Source: Rikenella microfusus (GTDB taxonomy: Bacteria; Bacteroidota; Bacteroidia; Bacteroidales; VadinHA17). Taken from it: a stretch of 64,000 bases of DNA. The position numbers were made by a program, and so were the translations under genes. The notes under the pieces are model-generated. The model did no database searches, was not told the origin of the DNA, and saw only the letters and a program-made list of their open reading frames with translations. Shown piece after piece: positions 34,784 through 44,230 of the stretch (position 1 is its first letter; every line of letters begins with the position of its first letter). The stretch is taken from the NCBI GenBank assembly GCA_020722575.1, contig DYKN01000013.1:5649-69648 (forward strand), given 5' to 3'.

Positions 34784-36658
34784 AACCGCTCTCAACATCT
34801 CACCCTCTTCCACTGTGACTCTGTTATCTGACATCACACAATAGACACACGCTTCAAGCACTTTTTTTCGAATGAAAGGGACTGATTGAGATAAATGGGT
34901 AAGACAAGAATCTAATATGCTTACATCATCGGAATCTATACTTTTCGATAAGGAAGTCTTCATAGAAGTAACACGTAGCATTCCATCTTGGAATGCTTTT
35001 TCCATCTTATCAGTATCTTTTGTACCTGATCGTGATAAATAAGAAATTAACGTTTCTACGTATGGTAAAACACTATGAATTGAATGATATTTTTCTATCG
35101 ACTGTTTTTGTTTTCTGAATACCGGATCTAATCTTCTGAGAACCATCCTGTTCATGGCATATTCGAAAAGATCAACATGATTATCAGCATGTATCAACGA
35201 ATCGATCACTTTCCTGAATTGTTCGTATTTTGTATTGGTCATCTCTTTTAAAGACCTGATGCCTATTTCTGCTAGTGGTAATTTGGCAGATCCTGGCAAA
35301 AGGTCAATCAACGCATGGCATTCATTTACAGAATCTGTTCTTTCGTTGTAATTTTTTACAATCTCCAACTGTTTTTGTCTGATCGTCTGGTTTTTCCCCA
35401 ATAAAAGAGCATAAACAACCAAATGTGCCTTATCCTTGTCCTTGGTAAACTCAATCAGTTTTTTAGGGATATTGGATATTGTTTTTTCAACATAATCGAC
35501 GTGTTTTTGTGAAGGCTTCCCTACGCCAAGTATTATGTTTTCTTGACGCAGATGAATAGGAGCGTCCGATTCATTACCAATAAAGGATGAATTCTGTACA
35601 GTGTTCAGAGAGTTCTGCCTATATGTTTTCACATTCAAATCTTGAAATGAGGGATCTAACCGTTTGATACGCTCTTTTAATGGTGGATGTGTTGCCATCA
35701 AGTCAAAAAAAACATGACTCAATCCGTTTGAAAAGAAAAAATGACTAGCTTGTTCTGCTGCTGGTGTAATCAATCTTGATCCTATTGAAAACCCACCTAT
35801 TTTTTTCAAAGCTCCAGAAATTCCTGAGGGATCCCTTGTAAACTGAACAGCTGATGCATCAGCCAAAAACTCTCTCTGTCTTGAGACAGCGCTCTTTATC
35901 AGCTTCCCAAAAAAAACACCTATATATCCAATAGCCATGACTGCAATACCAAATATGGCAATGACTGCTGCCCCCCCTCCTTTCTTATCAGATGATGACC
36001 TCGAAAACATGAGACTACGAAACATCATATATCCTATCATGGCGATTATTAAAATACCATGTAAGACTCCTGTTAATCGGATGTTTAACCTCATATCTCC
36101 ATTAAGAATATGACTGAATTCATGTGCAATGACACCTTGAAGCTCATTACGGCTTAGTTGCTCTATACAGCCTTTTGTAACACCTATAACAGCATCATTC
36201 GGTTTGAATCCGGCAGCAAAAGCGTTTATACCGCTTTCGTTTTCAAGAAGATAGACAGGTGGAATGGGAGTGCCAGAGGCAATGGACATTTCTTCTACAA
36301 CATTCAATATTTTCCTTTCATTCAAGTCTTTTGTAGATAGGCTTATCAATCTTCCCCCGAGCATCTCTGCTACAGCCTTGCCTCCCGTTGCCAGCTGTGC
36401 TGACTTATAAAGGCTTCCTAACAAGACAATCAATAAGGTTGTTATGGAAACCATTAAAAAAAGTGAAGGATCCCAGAACATTGTAAAATCCATCTGTTCT
36501 GAAGGTAAAGAAGAGGAATTTTTTGACTGCGCATACACTATAAGAAAAGTAACAACAAGATATATGGCGAGAATGATAAAAACAACAGCCAGTATAAAAT
36601 AAAAAACAAGAAGGCCTGTCTGTTTGCGGGCTTGTTCCTGATGTAAAAAAAAATCCAT
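34736..36658 (-). CDS. M48/HtpX-family Zn metalloprotease, long form
   Basis: INAFAAG, HEFSH, SRQREFLADASA, THPP; downstream of lemA. Confidence 0.93.
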   Translation of the reverse strand: MDFFLHQEQARKQTGLLVFYFILAVVFIILAIYLVVTFLIVYAQSKNSSSLPSEQMDFTMFWDPSLFLMVSITTLLIVLLGSLYKSAQLATGGKAVAEMLGGRLISLSTKDLNERKILNVVEEMSIASGTPIPPVYLLENESGINAFAAGFKPNDAVIGVTKGCIEQLSRNELQGVIAHEFSHILNGDMRLNIRLTGVLHGILIIAMIGYMMFRSLMFSRSSSDKKGGGAAVIAIFGIAVMAIGYIGVFFGKLIKSAVSRQREFLADASAVQFTRDPSGISGALKKIGGFSIGSRLITPAAEQASHFFFSNGLSHVFFDLMATHPPLKERIKRLDPSFQDLNVKTYRQNSLNTVQNSSFIGNESDAPIHLRQENIILGVGKPSQKHVDYVEKTISNIPKKLIEFTKDKDKAHLVVYALLLGKNQTIRQKQLEIVKNYNERTDSVNECHALIDLLPGSAKLPLAEIGIRSLKEMTNTKYEQFRKVIDSLIHADNHVDLFEYAMNRMVLRRLDPVFRKQKQSIEKYHSIHSVLPYVETLISYLSRSGTKDTDKMEKAFQDGMLRVTSMKTSLSKSIDSDDVSILDSCLTHLSQSVPFIRKKVLEACVYCVMSDNRVTVEEGEMLRAVSDALDCPMPPFFNPT

Positions 36659-36659
36659 C

Positions 36660-37259
36660 CTAGAACTTGACCTTGACCGCTTCCCTTTCCGCTTGGACAG
36701 TCACTTCGAAGAGTACAGCTGCTTTGAAACCAAACATTCCTGAAAATATGTTATTGGGGAAAACCTCACAGGCATTATTATATGCCATCACAGAATCATT
36801 ATAAGCTTGTCTTGAAAAGGAGATTTTATTCTCTGTTGAAGTCAACTCTTCCATCAACTGCTGTATGGTCTGGTTGGCTTTTAGATCAGGATATTGTTCC
36901 GCTAAAGCGAAAAATTTCCCGACTGCGCCAGTAAGCATAGCTTCTGCTCCCACCATCCCTTTCATGGCATTTTCATCCATGGGATTTTCTGCAGCCTTCT
37001 GATTTGCAGAAACCGCTGAATTCCTTGCTGAAATCACGGCTTCCAAAGTCTGGCGTTCATGTGAAAGATATGCTTTTGCTGATTCAACCAGATTCGGAAT
37101 CAGGTCATAACGTCTTTTAAGTTGGACATCAATCTGAGCAAATGAATTCTTAAACCTGTTTCGTAATGTGACAAGTCTGTTATAGATACCTATTAAGGTA
37201 AATATTAAAATCAGAACAATAACACCTAAAATAATCAGTGTCATATGACTACCTCCCAA
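36660..37259 (-). CDS. lemA: LemA family protein
   Basis: QIDVQLKRRYDLIPNLV, EQYPDLKAN, TENKI. The start may be the ATG about 15 nt downstream. Confidence 0.96.
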   Translation of the reverse strand: MGGSHMTLIILGVIVLILIFTLIGIYNRLVTLRNRFKNSFAQIDVQLKRRYDLIPNLVESAKAYLSHERQTLEAVISARNSAVSANQKAAENPMDENAMKGMVGAEAMLTGAVGKFFALAEQYPDLKANQTIQQLMEELTSTENKISFSRQAYNDSVMAYNNACEVFPNNIFSGMFGFKAAVLFEVTVQAEREAVKVKF

Positions 37260-37284
37260 ACACCTGAAAAGTCTCTTTTTATCC

Positions 37285-38208
37285 TTATTTGACTTGCATC
37301 CTGGAAATAGCAGTCAAGGCCGCATCACGAATATCGGCTTTCATATTTTGATTGGTCAGTTCTGTCAGATAGGGCATATATTTTACATTGTATGTCTGCC
37401 CTACTAATTCAATCAACGCAACAGGAATGTCTGTCCCTGAAAACAAGGATATGATATAATTATCCATCTCACTGTTTTTATATTTTGGGAGTGAAAAAGC
37501 GGTTCTTACACATTCAAACTTGATCTCACTATCTTGTGTTGCAGTAAAAAGGGATTCAACTTCTGCTTGAAGCTTCTTGATCTTGTTTTTTTCTATCTCA
37601 TCAAGGGCGGTCATAATCCTAACCTTGTTATCACTGTTGAGATATTCCTTAAGCACATTGACTTTTCCATTAAGGATGAACTGGCATGTCCTGTAATTAC
37701 GGATGATCCTATCTGAAACGGTTGGATCTAACTCACCTTCAATCAACATCGCAATCGTATCATAATACTTTACAAACTGGAGCAATGGTGTCTTCATAGC
37801 TCCAAGAGGGACACTTTTATCCTCATACAATGCTCTACCTAATCCAACATTGATCATTTCACCAAGAAAACCAAGTTTTAGAAGTTGCAGATCAATATCG
37901 TTTCCAGAAAATTCATCATTTATCTTATTATCATATTTTGTATAGATTGAACGCAACGAAACTGCAAAAGGAGTATCATCCTCACGCTTTATTTCCATAT
38001 CAAATCTTTCTCGTGATGACTGCATTCCTTTGCGGAAATCTTCAATAGAGGTTGATTCAAGAACCGGATAAACTGGTTCTAAAAAATGAGAAATTTTGAT
38101 AGCAAATGTCTGTGAAATGAAAAACCACATTGAAAAATAGGTCAAAGAAAGAAAAACTATCACACTACCAAAAATGATAATAGGCTTTTTCATAATGACT
38201 CCTTCCAT
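37285..38208 (-). CDS. Hypothetical membrane-anchored protein with HEAT-like helical C-terminus
   Basis: Single N-terminal TM; VRIMTALDEI and IRDAALTAI helices. Confidence 0.6.
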   Translation of the reverse strand: MEGVIMKKPIIIFGSVIVFLSLTYFSMWFFISQTFAIKISHFLEPVYPVLESTSIEDFRKGMQSSRERFDMEIKREDDTPFAVSLRSIYTKYDNKINDEFSGNDIDLQLLKLGFLGEMINVGLGRALYEDKSVPLGAMKTPLLQFVKYYDTIAMLIEGELDPTVSDRIIRNYRTCQFILNGKVNVLKEYLNSDNKVRIMTALDEIEKNKIKKLQAEVESLFTATQDSEIKFECVRTAFSLPKYKNSEMDNYIISLFSGTDIPVALIELVGQTYNVKYMPYLTELTNQNMKADIRDAALTAISRMQVK

Positions 38209-38289
38209 ATTGAATAATGCTGACCTGTCAATTTATTGGGTTAATGCTAAAAAGTCAAAAAAAACCGATTTGATCCCATATCCAAGAAA

Positions 38290-38511
38290 CTACTTCGTGG
38301 TCATGGTAAAAACGCCATCCCAATCAGCAGGAGGAGGAGTCGCAATAAGCTGGTCACACCGTTCAATATACAGTTTTGAAGGCCCATCATCAGGTATCGA
38401 TTCCAATGCTTTTTGGAAATACGTCTTAGCCTCTTGAAACTGTTTTGCCTTATAAAGCTCTAATCCTTTGTTGTAACTCTCAAGGACAGCAGTCATTTTG
38501 GGATTTGGCAT
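38290..38511 (-). CDS. Stand-alone TPR mini-protein resembling the C-terminal tail of adenylate/guanylate cyclases
   Basis: 73 aa from ATG 38511 (GGAGGG SD): YNKGLELYK..F.EA...F.KAL...PDDGPSKLYIERC...PPPADWDGVFTMTTK. Confidence 0.8.
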   Translation of the reverse strand: MPNPKMTAVLESYNKGLELYKAKQFQEAKTYFQKALESIPDDGPSKLYIERCDQLIATPPPADWDGVFTMTTK

Positions 38512-38524
38512 GAAACCCTCCTGT

Positions 38525-39034
38525 TCAATAAAAAATATATTTTTTCCATTTCTCCATATCCCGTCCAATATAACGGACAATATGAAGATAAATGATCTTA
38601 TGGGGCATCTCCGGTTTCTTAATAAGCTTCATACCGGCCTCTTTGGGAAGCTTATCTCCTTTCCGATTATTGCACCGTCTACAGCAGGTAACCACATTTT
38701 CCCAAACTGTGGGCCCTCCTGATGCTTTGGGTATGATATGATCCATTGTCAAATCCGATGTTGCGAACTCCTTGCCACAATATTGACATATATGCTTATC
38801 TCTTAAAAGGACATTCCTTCTTGTCAGATGGATCGTCTTTTTAGGGATATAGATATATTTTAACAGCCTGATGACTGTTGGAATTTGGAACTGGTTATTG
38901 ACGCTATGTATAAGTACATTTGTAGATTCCTCTACAACTGCAACTCCTTTTAATACCAATACGACAGCACGACGCAAGGAACAAATGTGCACAGCTTCGT
39001 AAGTGTTATTTAGAACCAGAACACTTTTGTCCAT
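38525..39034 (-). CDS. Small McrA-like HNH endonuclease
   Basis: VLVLNNTYEA, RD...CQYCG, DHIIP, WENVVTCCRRCNNRK. Confidence 0.93.
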   Translation of the reverse strand: MDKSVLVLNNTYEAVHICSLRRAVVLVLKGVAVVEESTNVLIHSVNNQFQIPTVIRLLKYIYIPKKTIHLTRRNVLLRDKHICQYCGKEFATSDLTMDHIIPKASGGPTVWENVVTCCRRCNNRKGDKLPKEAGMKLIKKPEMPHKIIYLHIVRYIGRDMEKWKKYIFY

Positions 39035-39151
39035 TTGATAAAGATACTAAAAGGCAAGTGGATAATCAAGTTTTGGCGTTTTCCCCCATGTTAAAATGAA
39101 GGGAAATGACGGTTCTCGTCCATCTAAAGAACAGGTGATTTATCCAACAGT

Positions 39152-40024
39152 TTAGGATTGAACCACTTTCATCTGGTTAAAAAACCTGACAAGGTCATTA
39201 ATGGGATCTCTGTCTGTCAGTAACTCACATGATTTAATGTTTTTTCTGAGAAGGGCATCCTTGTGCCTGTTAAAAAAGGAGGAAAGCGATTTTTCTTCAT
39301 TCTTAACATCCCGAAAAGGATGAAGGGAAACATCATAATCTTCCTCCAAATCAGCCAAACTTGCTGCAGAAAGATTTGACAATGTTTTTTCAGCAGGATC
39401 CGCTACAAAAAAAACAAAAACATCATGCCTTTTACTTAATAGATATAAAGCATGCTCATAATTATCAACAATCATGTCTGAAAGTATGAATATTATGGAA
39501 CGTTTCCTTTGGACTTTCTGGATGAATTCTATGGCATTTGTAAGTTTCGATTTACCAGATATAGGAGGATAAACAAGGATATCCCTGATAACCTGAAATA
39601 TATGATCCCTCTTTTTCTGAGGTCTGTAATATTTTTCAACTTTTTCAGAAAATAATGTTAGCCCCACCTTATCACCATTTTTCAAAGCTGCCAATGAAAT
39701 GAGGGCAGCCGTCTCAACAGCCAACTCCGATTTCAGCCGTCCTTTGGTACCAAATTTCAATGAATGGCTTACATCTAAAAGGATATTTATTGTAAGCTCC
39801 CGTTCTTCCATGAATTTTTTTGTATACAGATGGTTCGACCGGGCAGTAACATTCCAATCAATATTTTTTATATCATCCCCGTATTGATACTCCCGTACTT
39901 CATCAAATTCCATGCCTTGCCCACGGAATATGCTCTTATAACGTCCTGAAAAGATATTTTGAGCGGCTTTCCTGCTTCGTATCTCTATGAGCCTAACTTT
40001 TTTATCAAGAGCGCTTAAGTCCAA
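39152..40024 (-). CDS. DUF58 (VWA-like MoxR partner)
   Basis: GMEFDEVREYQYGDD..IDWNVTAR, DVSHS, SD. Confidence 0.93.
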   Translation of the reverse strand: MDLSALDKKVRLIEIRSRKAAQNIFSGRYKSIFRGQGMEFDEVREYQYGDDIKNIDWNVTARSNHLYTKKFMEERELTINILLDVSHSLKFGTKGRLKSELAVETAALISLAALKNGDKVGLTLFSEKVEKYYRPQKKRDHIFQVIRDILVYPPISGKSKLTNAIEFIQKVQRKRSIIFILSDMIVDNYEHALYLLSKRHDVFVFFVADPAEKTLSNLSAASLADLEEDYDVSLHPFRDVKNEEKSLSSFFNRHKDALLRKNIKSCELLTDRDPINDLVRFFNQMKVVQS

Positions 40025-40034
40025 AAGACACCTC

Positions 40035-41024
40035 TCAGGGGACTTCTAATGTATCAAAAATTTTCTTAATGATATCATCTGTTGTCATCCCCTCAGCATC
40101 AGCCTCGTATGTCAGGATAAGTCGATGCCGAAGAACATCTGCACCAATGGATCTTATATCTTCGGGGACAACATATCCTCTATGTTTGATGAAGGCATGG
40201 GCTTTCGAGGCAGTCGTCAATGACAGAGAAGCGCGTGGAGAACAACCAAAAGCAATATATGGCTTAAGTTCAGCAAGTCCGAAGGATTCAGGGTTTCGTG
40301 TAGCCATAACAATATCAAGTATGTACTCAATCACCTTGTCATCGATATATAATTCATTGATAGTATCACGAGCTGATAACAATACTTTGGGAGTGATTAC
40401 TGATGCTGTTTTTTTTACATTTCCCGTGGTATACATCCCAATGATTTTTTTCTCTTCATCTCTTTCAGGGTAAGTGACTTTTATCTTCATCATGAACCTA
40501 TCGAGTTGCGCTTCTGGCAAAGGATAAGTCCCCTCATGCTCAATAGGATTTTGGGTAGCTAACACAAGGAAGGGCTCATCCAATTTGAAAGTCTGATCAC
40601 CTAAAGTGACCTGTTTTTCCTGCATACATTCTAAAAGTGCACTTTGGACTTTCGCAGGTGCGCGGTTAATTTCATCTGCAAGAATGATATTTGAGAAAAT
40701 AGGGCCTCTCCTGGTCACAAATTCACTCGTTTTCGGATTATATATCAATGTCCCTAAAACATCTGCTGGAAGAAGATCCGGAGTAAACTGAATCCGTTTA
40801 AAATCAGTTTTAACGCAGGAGGCAAAAGTACGTACAGTTAATGTTTTAGCCAACCCAGGAAGCCCTTCAACAAGGATATGCCCACCTGTCAGAATTCCTA
40901 CCAACATTTTTTCAATAAATATCTTCTGCCCAACAACGGTTTGACCGATTTCCTCTAATAGTTCTTCAATAAACGCACTCTCTTTTTTTATTCGTTCATT
41001 CATAGCTTTGATGGATGGATCCAT
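40035..41024 (-). CDS. moxR: MoxR family AAA+ ATPase
   Basis: GLPGLAKT, RIQFTPDLLPAD, DEINRAPAKVQSALLE, EGTYPLPEAQLDRF. Confidence 0.96.
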   Translation of the reverse strand: MDPSIKAMNERIKKESAFIEELLEEIGQTVVGQKIFIEKMLVGILTGGHILVEGLPGLAKTLTVRTFASCVKTDFKRIQFTPDLLPADVLGTLIYNPKTSEFVTRRGPIFSNIILADEINRAPAKVQSALLECMQEKQVTLGDQTFKLDEPFLVLATQNPIEHEGTYPLPEAQLDRFMMKIKVTYPERDEEKKIIGMYTTGNVKKTASVITPKVLLSARDTINELYIDDKVIEYILDIVMATRNPESFGLAELKPYIAFGCSPRASLSLTTASKAHAFIKHRGYVVPEDIRSIGADVLRHRLILTYEADAEGMTTDDIIKKIFDTLEVP

Positions 41025-41107
41025 GTCTATCTCCTATTTACTGAAATTACTAAATATAAATATAGTATAGTGCAAAAAATGAAAAATTAATGAAAGAAAA
41101 AGAGGAA

Positions 41108-42112
41108 TTAACGAAGAAAAATAAGAAATACCACTGTTAATAACAAGGCGATTCCACCTATAAGCCATAAATAGATGGCAGAAGATGACTTACCAGAAGA
41201 AGCTGATGAAGATGTGCTGAATTTTACAGAAGAACTTGATGATGAATTTCCACCAGCCTGTTTTTTAACATTTCGAGAATCCAACAAGGGATCATATCGT
41301 TTCAATTTGACTTGTTCTTGTTCTGTGGCTTTGCCAAAAATTCCCGGACCTATTTCAACTAACAAATTATACTCTTTCGGAGAACTCGATGAGGAACGCA
41401 CTTCTTTGACAACTGCGGGAACAGGGATGACCTCTCCACTTTCGTTTCTAGCTCCCAGCAAATCAATGAAGTATTGCTCTTTTTGTGTCCTTCCTGCTAT
41501 CTTTACCACAATTTGATCACCAGGCTTGACGTCATATATTGGAATTCCACTGATTGGCCCAATGACAAGTCCTACATTTAAAACGACGCCCCCCTCATCA
41601 ACTTGAAAGGTTACGCTCTCCTGTACAGATGCTGAAGATGGAGCTGGGTCACTGGCCTTGACAGATTGGTCCCTTTCTGATTTTACAGCATCTATCGCAT
41701 CTTTTGTAACTGTCTCTTTTTCTAACTGGAGTGATATGTTCTTTTCTGACAGGATTTTTTCAATCAAAGATTGTATGGTATGTTCAGTTTTTGAAAAATT
41801 TTTTGAATCAAAATCATCTATAAACAGTTCGACGATATCTGTTAAAAATGACGATACAAAAAGCGCTTGAAAATCATTGGATAGACTTGTTGAAATCTCC
41901 CCATTAAATCTCATCTGCGCTATGATATCTTCAAACTTTTCCCAACTTTGAGCCGGATCATGATCATACATTGAACTGAAATGGGAAGCAATAATAGACA
42001 TCTTGTCTATGTTCTTCGAAGTCCTATCTATAAAAACAATGAAAATACCAAATGTATTTGTTGTCAGCGCTTTGAATCGCCCTTTTAAGATATGAATTTG
42101 ATTCGCAGCCAT
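41108..42112 (-). CDS. Hypothetical protein with Ser-rich linker and C-terminal TM anchor
   Basis: Long ORF; GPISGIPIYDVKPGDQI motif (reminiscent of DUF4899, uncertain); SSSSSS linker; terminal hydrophobic helix. Confidence 0.65.
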   Translation of the reverse strand: MAANQIHILKGRFKALTTNTFGIFIVFIDRTSKNIDKMSIIASHFSSMYDHDPAQSWEKFEDIIAQMRFNGEISTSLSNDFQALFVSSFLTDIVELFIDDFDSKNFSKTEHTIQSLIEKILSEKNISLQLEKETVTKDAIDAVKSERDQSVKASDPAPSSASVQESVTFQVDEGGVVLNVGLVIGPISGIPIYDVKPGDQIVVKIAGRTQKEQYFIDLLGARNESGEVIPVPAVVKEVRSSSSSPKEYNLLVEIGPGIFGKATEQEQVKLKRYDPLLDSRNVKKQAGGNSSSSSSVKFSTSSSASSGKSSSAIYLWLIGGIALLLTVVFLIFLR

Positions 42113-42165
42113 ACTATTATCCTTTGCTTATTACCTTATTTTACAATATATACAATATATATGAA

Positions 42166-42192
42166 ATATCGGAAAATCAAGTTCAACAATTA
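42166..42192 (-). promoter_or_regulatory. Putative sigma28 promoter for 41108-42112
   Basis: TAAT-N15-TCCGATAT on the minus strand. Confidence 0.45.
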
Positions 42193-42193
42193 A

Positions 42194-44230
42194 CTAATTT
42201 TCTGTTTTTTGTACATCAAGCTTCATTCTGCATTTATTAGCACTATTTATCAACTTGGGGTTCTGAGGGTCTATTTTTAGCCCCCTTTCCCACTCTTTTA
42301 ACGCATTTACATAGTCTCCATTCATATAAAAACTTACACCCTTCAGATAAAACTGGTTAACCTGAATCTCCTTGTCACTCATTCGTCCTTGGTCAGTGAG
42401 TACTGATGTCTCTTCTTGATATTTTTTTCTAAGGTTTATCTTATTCAGATTCATGATGGCTTTTAACCGATATGTATTACGTGGTGAATTGTCTTGTAAG
42501 ACTTTTTCCCACTCCTTTTTAGCCAAGTCGATTTTGCCTTCAGAATAATAGACAAGCCCCTTTTCATAGGCTTGACGAAGTGTTTCAAGGGGAATAACGA
42601 TAGCTGGGGGATTCAGTCTCTCTTCTATCTTTTCTAGATAATCCTCAACATTCTTATACCCCTGTCGGATCGACATGACCAACGTAAATGATTTTTTTGA
42701 ATTCGCATAATCCCGGTTATGATATTGGAGGATTCCAGTATCATAATGGCTTTGAAGAAATGATTCCACTTTTTCCGGTTCCAGCATCAGAGTATTCTTT
42801 ACAAGCAAGTCTCTTGACAATTTGTTATTTGGAAACAATAATAATATCTTCTCTAGATAAGACATTGATGTTTGATAGTCCCCTTTATTGAAAAATGCGA
42901 TTGAATCAAAGTAAAGTTTCATGACGATTTCATAATAGGGTGAATCATCATCAATCTCTTCCTGACTTCGTGAAAAGAGCACTTCTTTTGCCTTATCCAG
43001 GTATTCCTTCGCATATATGTTTTCTGGATCTAAATCAAGACACCTGCTCAATTCAAATATGGCATTCTTATACTCACCTACCTGATAAAAAGTTATACCG
43101 CTGTTCAAGTATTCAAGAATCTTGTCCTGTTGTTCCTGTATTTTTTTGGCTCGTTCCTCGTTTATCCTGTCTTGTATGAGTGTAAGATACTTGTTAACGT
43201 CCTTATAATTGCTGTTCAATGAAATAACATTCATGAAATTTTCACGGCTTTTCTGGTAATTTCTAGCATTATAACTTATGACACCTTGAGAATAAAACCC
43301 TTCCAGTTGTGCTCGGAAGATCTCCTGCTGCTTTAAAGAATCATAATGTGCCAATATTCTTGCCTTATAATCAGAAGCGATATCGTCCTGCGGATTTAAT
43401 ACAAGGATCTCATTGAATGCATCCAATGATTCCCCATACTTCTGTTCATTGAACAATCTGACAGCATTGGACATCATCAGTGTCATTTTTTGAAGCTGGA
43501 GCATTTCACTACGTAAGCGGTTTGCTTGTTGCAACAAATCACGAGCCTCCTGAAAATCCGGTGTTAATCCAAGCACATAATTCAACTCTTCAATTGCAAA
43601 ATCCGGTTTCCTCTGTTCAAGAAAAGCCCGTCCCTGTTCAAGATGACGGTCAATCTCCGCCAGCCTTTCCTGTTCATCGATCAACGCTTTGAGTTTATGG
43701 ACCTTTTCCATAACTGTAATATTGTCAGGAGCTAATACAAGCACTGTCCTATATTTTTCAAGTGCTGCAAGATATTCCTTCTGCTGATAAAGACGATCAC
43801 CTTCTTCTTCACGTTTTTGTACAAGGATTTCCTTGTTAATACGTTCAAGCTGTTTTTTCGATTTTTCTATATATTCCTTTGCTGTTGCATCATAAGGTGT
43901 TTCCTGCAAAACACTGTTAAAAATGACAATCGCTTCTGGATAATTTTTTTCTTTATAATAGTCCAGACCTTTCATAAGTAGTCTCTGTTTTGAAAGGATC
44001 CTGTCATAGGCTTTTCTATAATAGTTTTTCAGTTTTATATCTACATATCCATAGTTATCAATAAGCTGATCCCATTCCTGTACTGCCTTGATATATTCCT
44101 TGTTATTAAAATATTCCAGACCTTTAATAAAAATAGCATTGATTTGGGATCTGTCAGGTTCATTCTGCATGGCTGATAGTACAAACGCGGTTAGTATCAT
44201 AAATATGGTTAAAAGTGACTTATAGTTCAT
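42194..44230 (-). CDS. Large exported multi-TPR protein
   Basis: Signal peptide; many (Y/F)xxGxxYYxxxxYxxAxxxW/F TPR units joined by coiled segments; start overlaps the upstream stop (ATGA). Confidence 0.88.
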   Translation of the reverse strand: MNYKSLLTIFMILTAFVLSAMQNEPDRSQINAIFIKGLEYFNNKEYIKAVQEWDQLIDNYGYVDIKLKNYYRKAYDRILSKQRLLMKGLDYYKEKNYPEAIVIFNSVLQETPYDATAKEYIEKSKKQLERINKEILVQKREEEGDRLYQQKEYLAALEKYRTVLVLAPDNITVMEKVHKLKALIDEQERLAEIDRHLEQGRAFLEQRKPDFAIEELNYVLGLTPDFQEARDLLQQANRLRSEMLQLQKMTLMMSNAVRLFNEQKYGESLDAFNEILVLNPQDDIASDYKARILAHYDSLKQQEIFRAQLEGFYSQGVISYNARNYQKSRENFMNVISLNSNYKDVNKYLTLIQDRINEERAKKIQEQQDKILEYLNSGITFYQVGEYKNAIFELSRCLDLDPENIYAKEYLDKAKEVLFSRSQEEIDDDSPYYEIVMKLYFDSIAFFNKGDYQTSMSYLEKILLLFPNNKLSRDLLVKNTLMLEPEKVESFLQSHYDTGILQYHNRDYANSKKSFTLVMSIRQGYKNVEDYLEKIEERLNPPAIVIPLETLRQAYEKGLVYYSEGKIDLAKKEWEKVLQDNSPRNTYRLKAIMNLNKINLRKKYQEETSVLTDQGRMSDKEIQVNQFYLKGVSFYMNGDYVNALKEWERGLKIDPQNPKLINSANKCRMKLDVQKTEN

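Noticed and set aside
38512-38580. Longer start for the small TPR ORF
   Set aside because: It overlaps the HNH gene; ATG 38511 has its own SD.
38525-39151. HNH plus upstream structure as an IscB/HEARO or Cas9-like element
   Set aside because: The 169-aa protein has no RuvC or PLMP motifs, and there are no transposon ends or repeat array.
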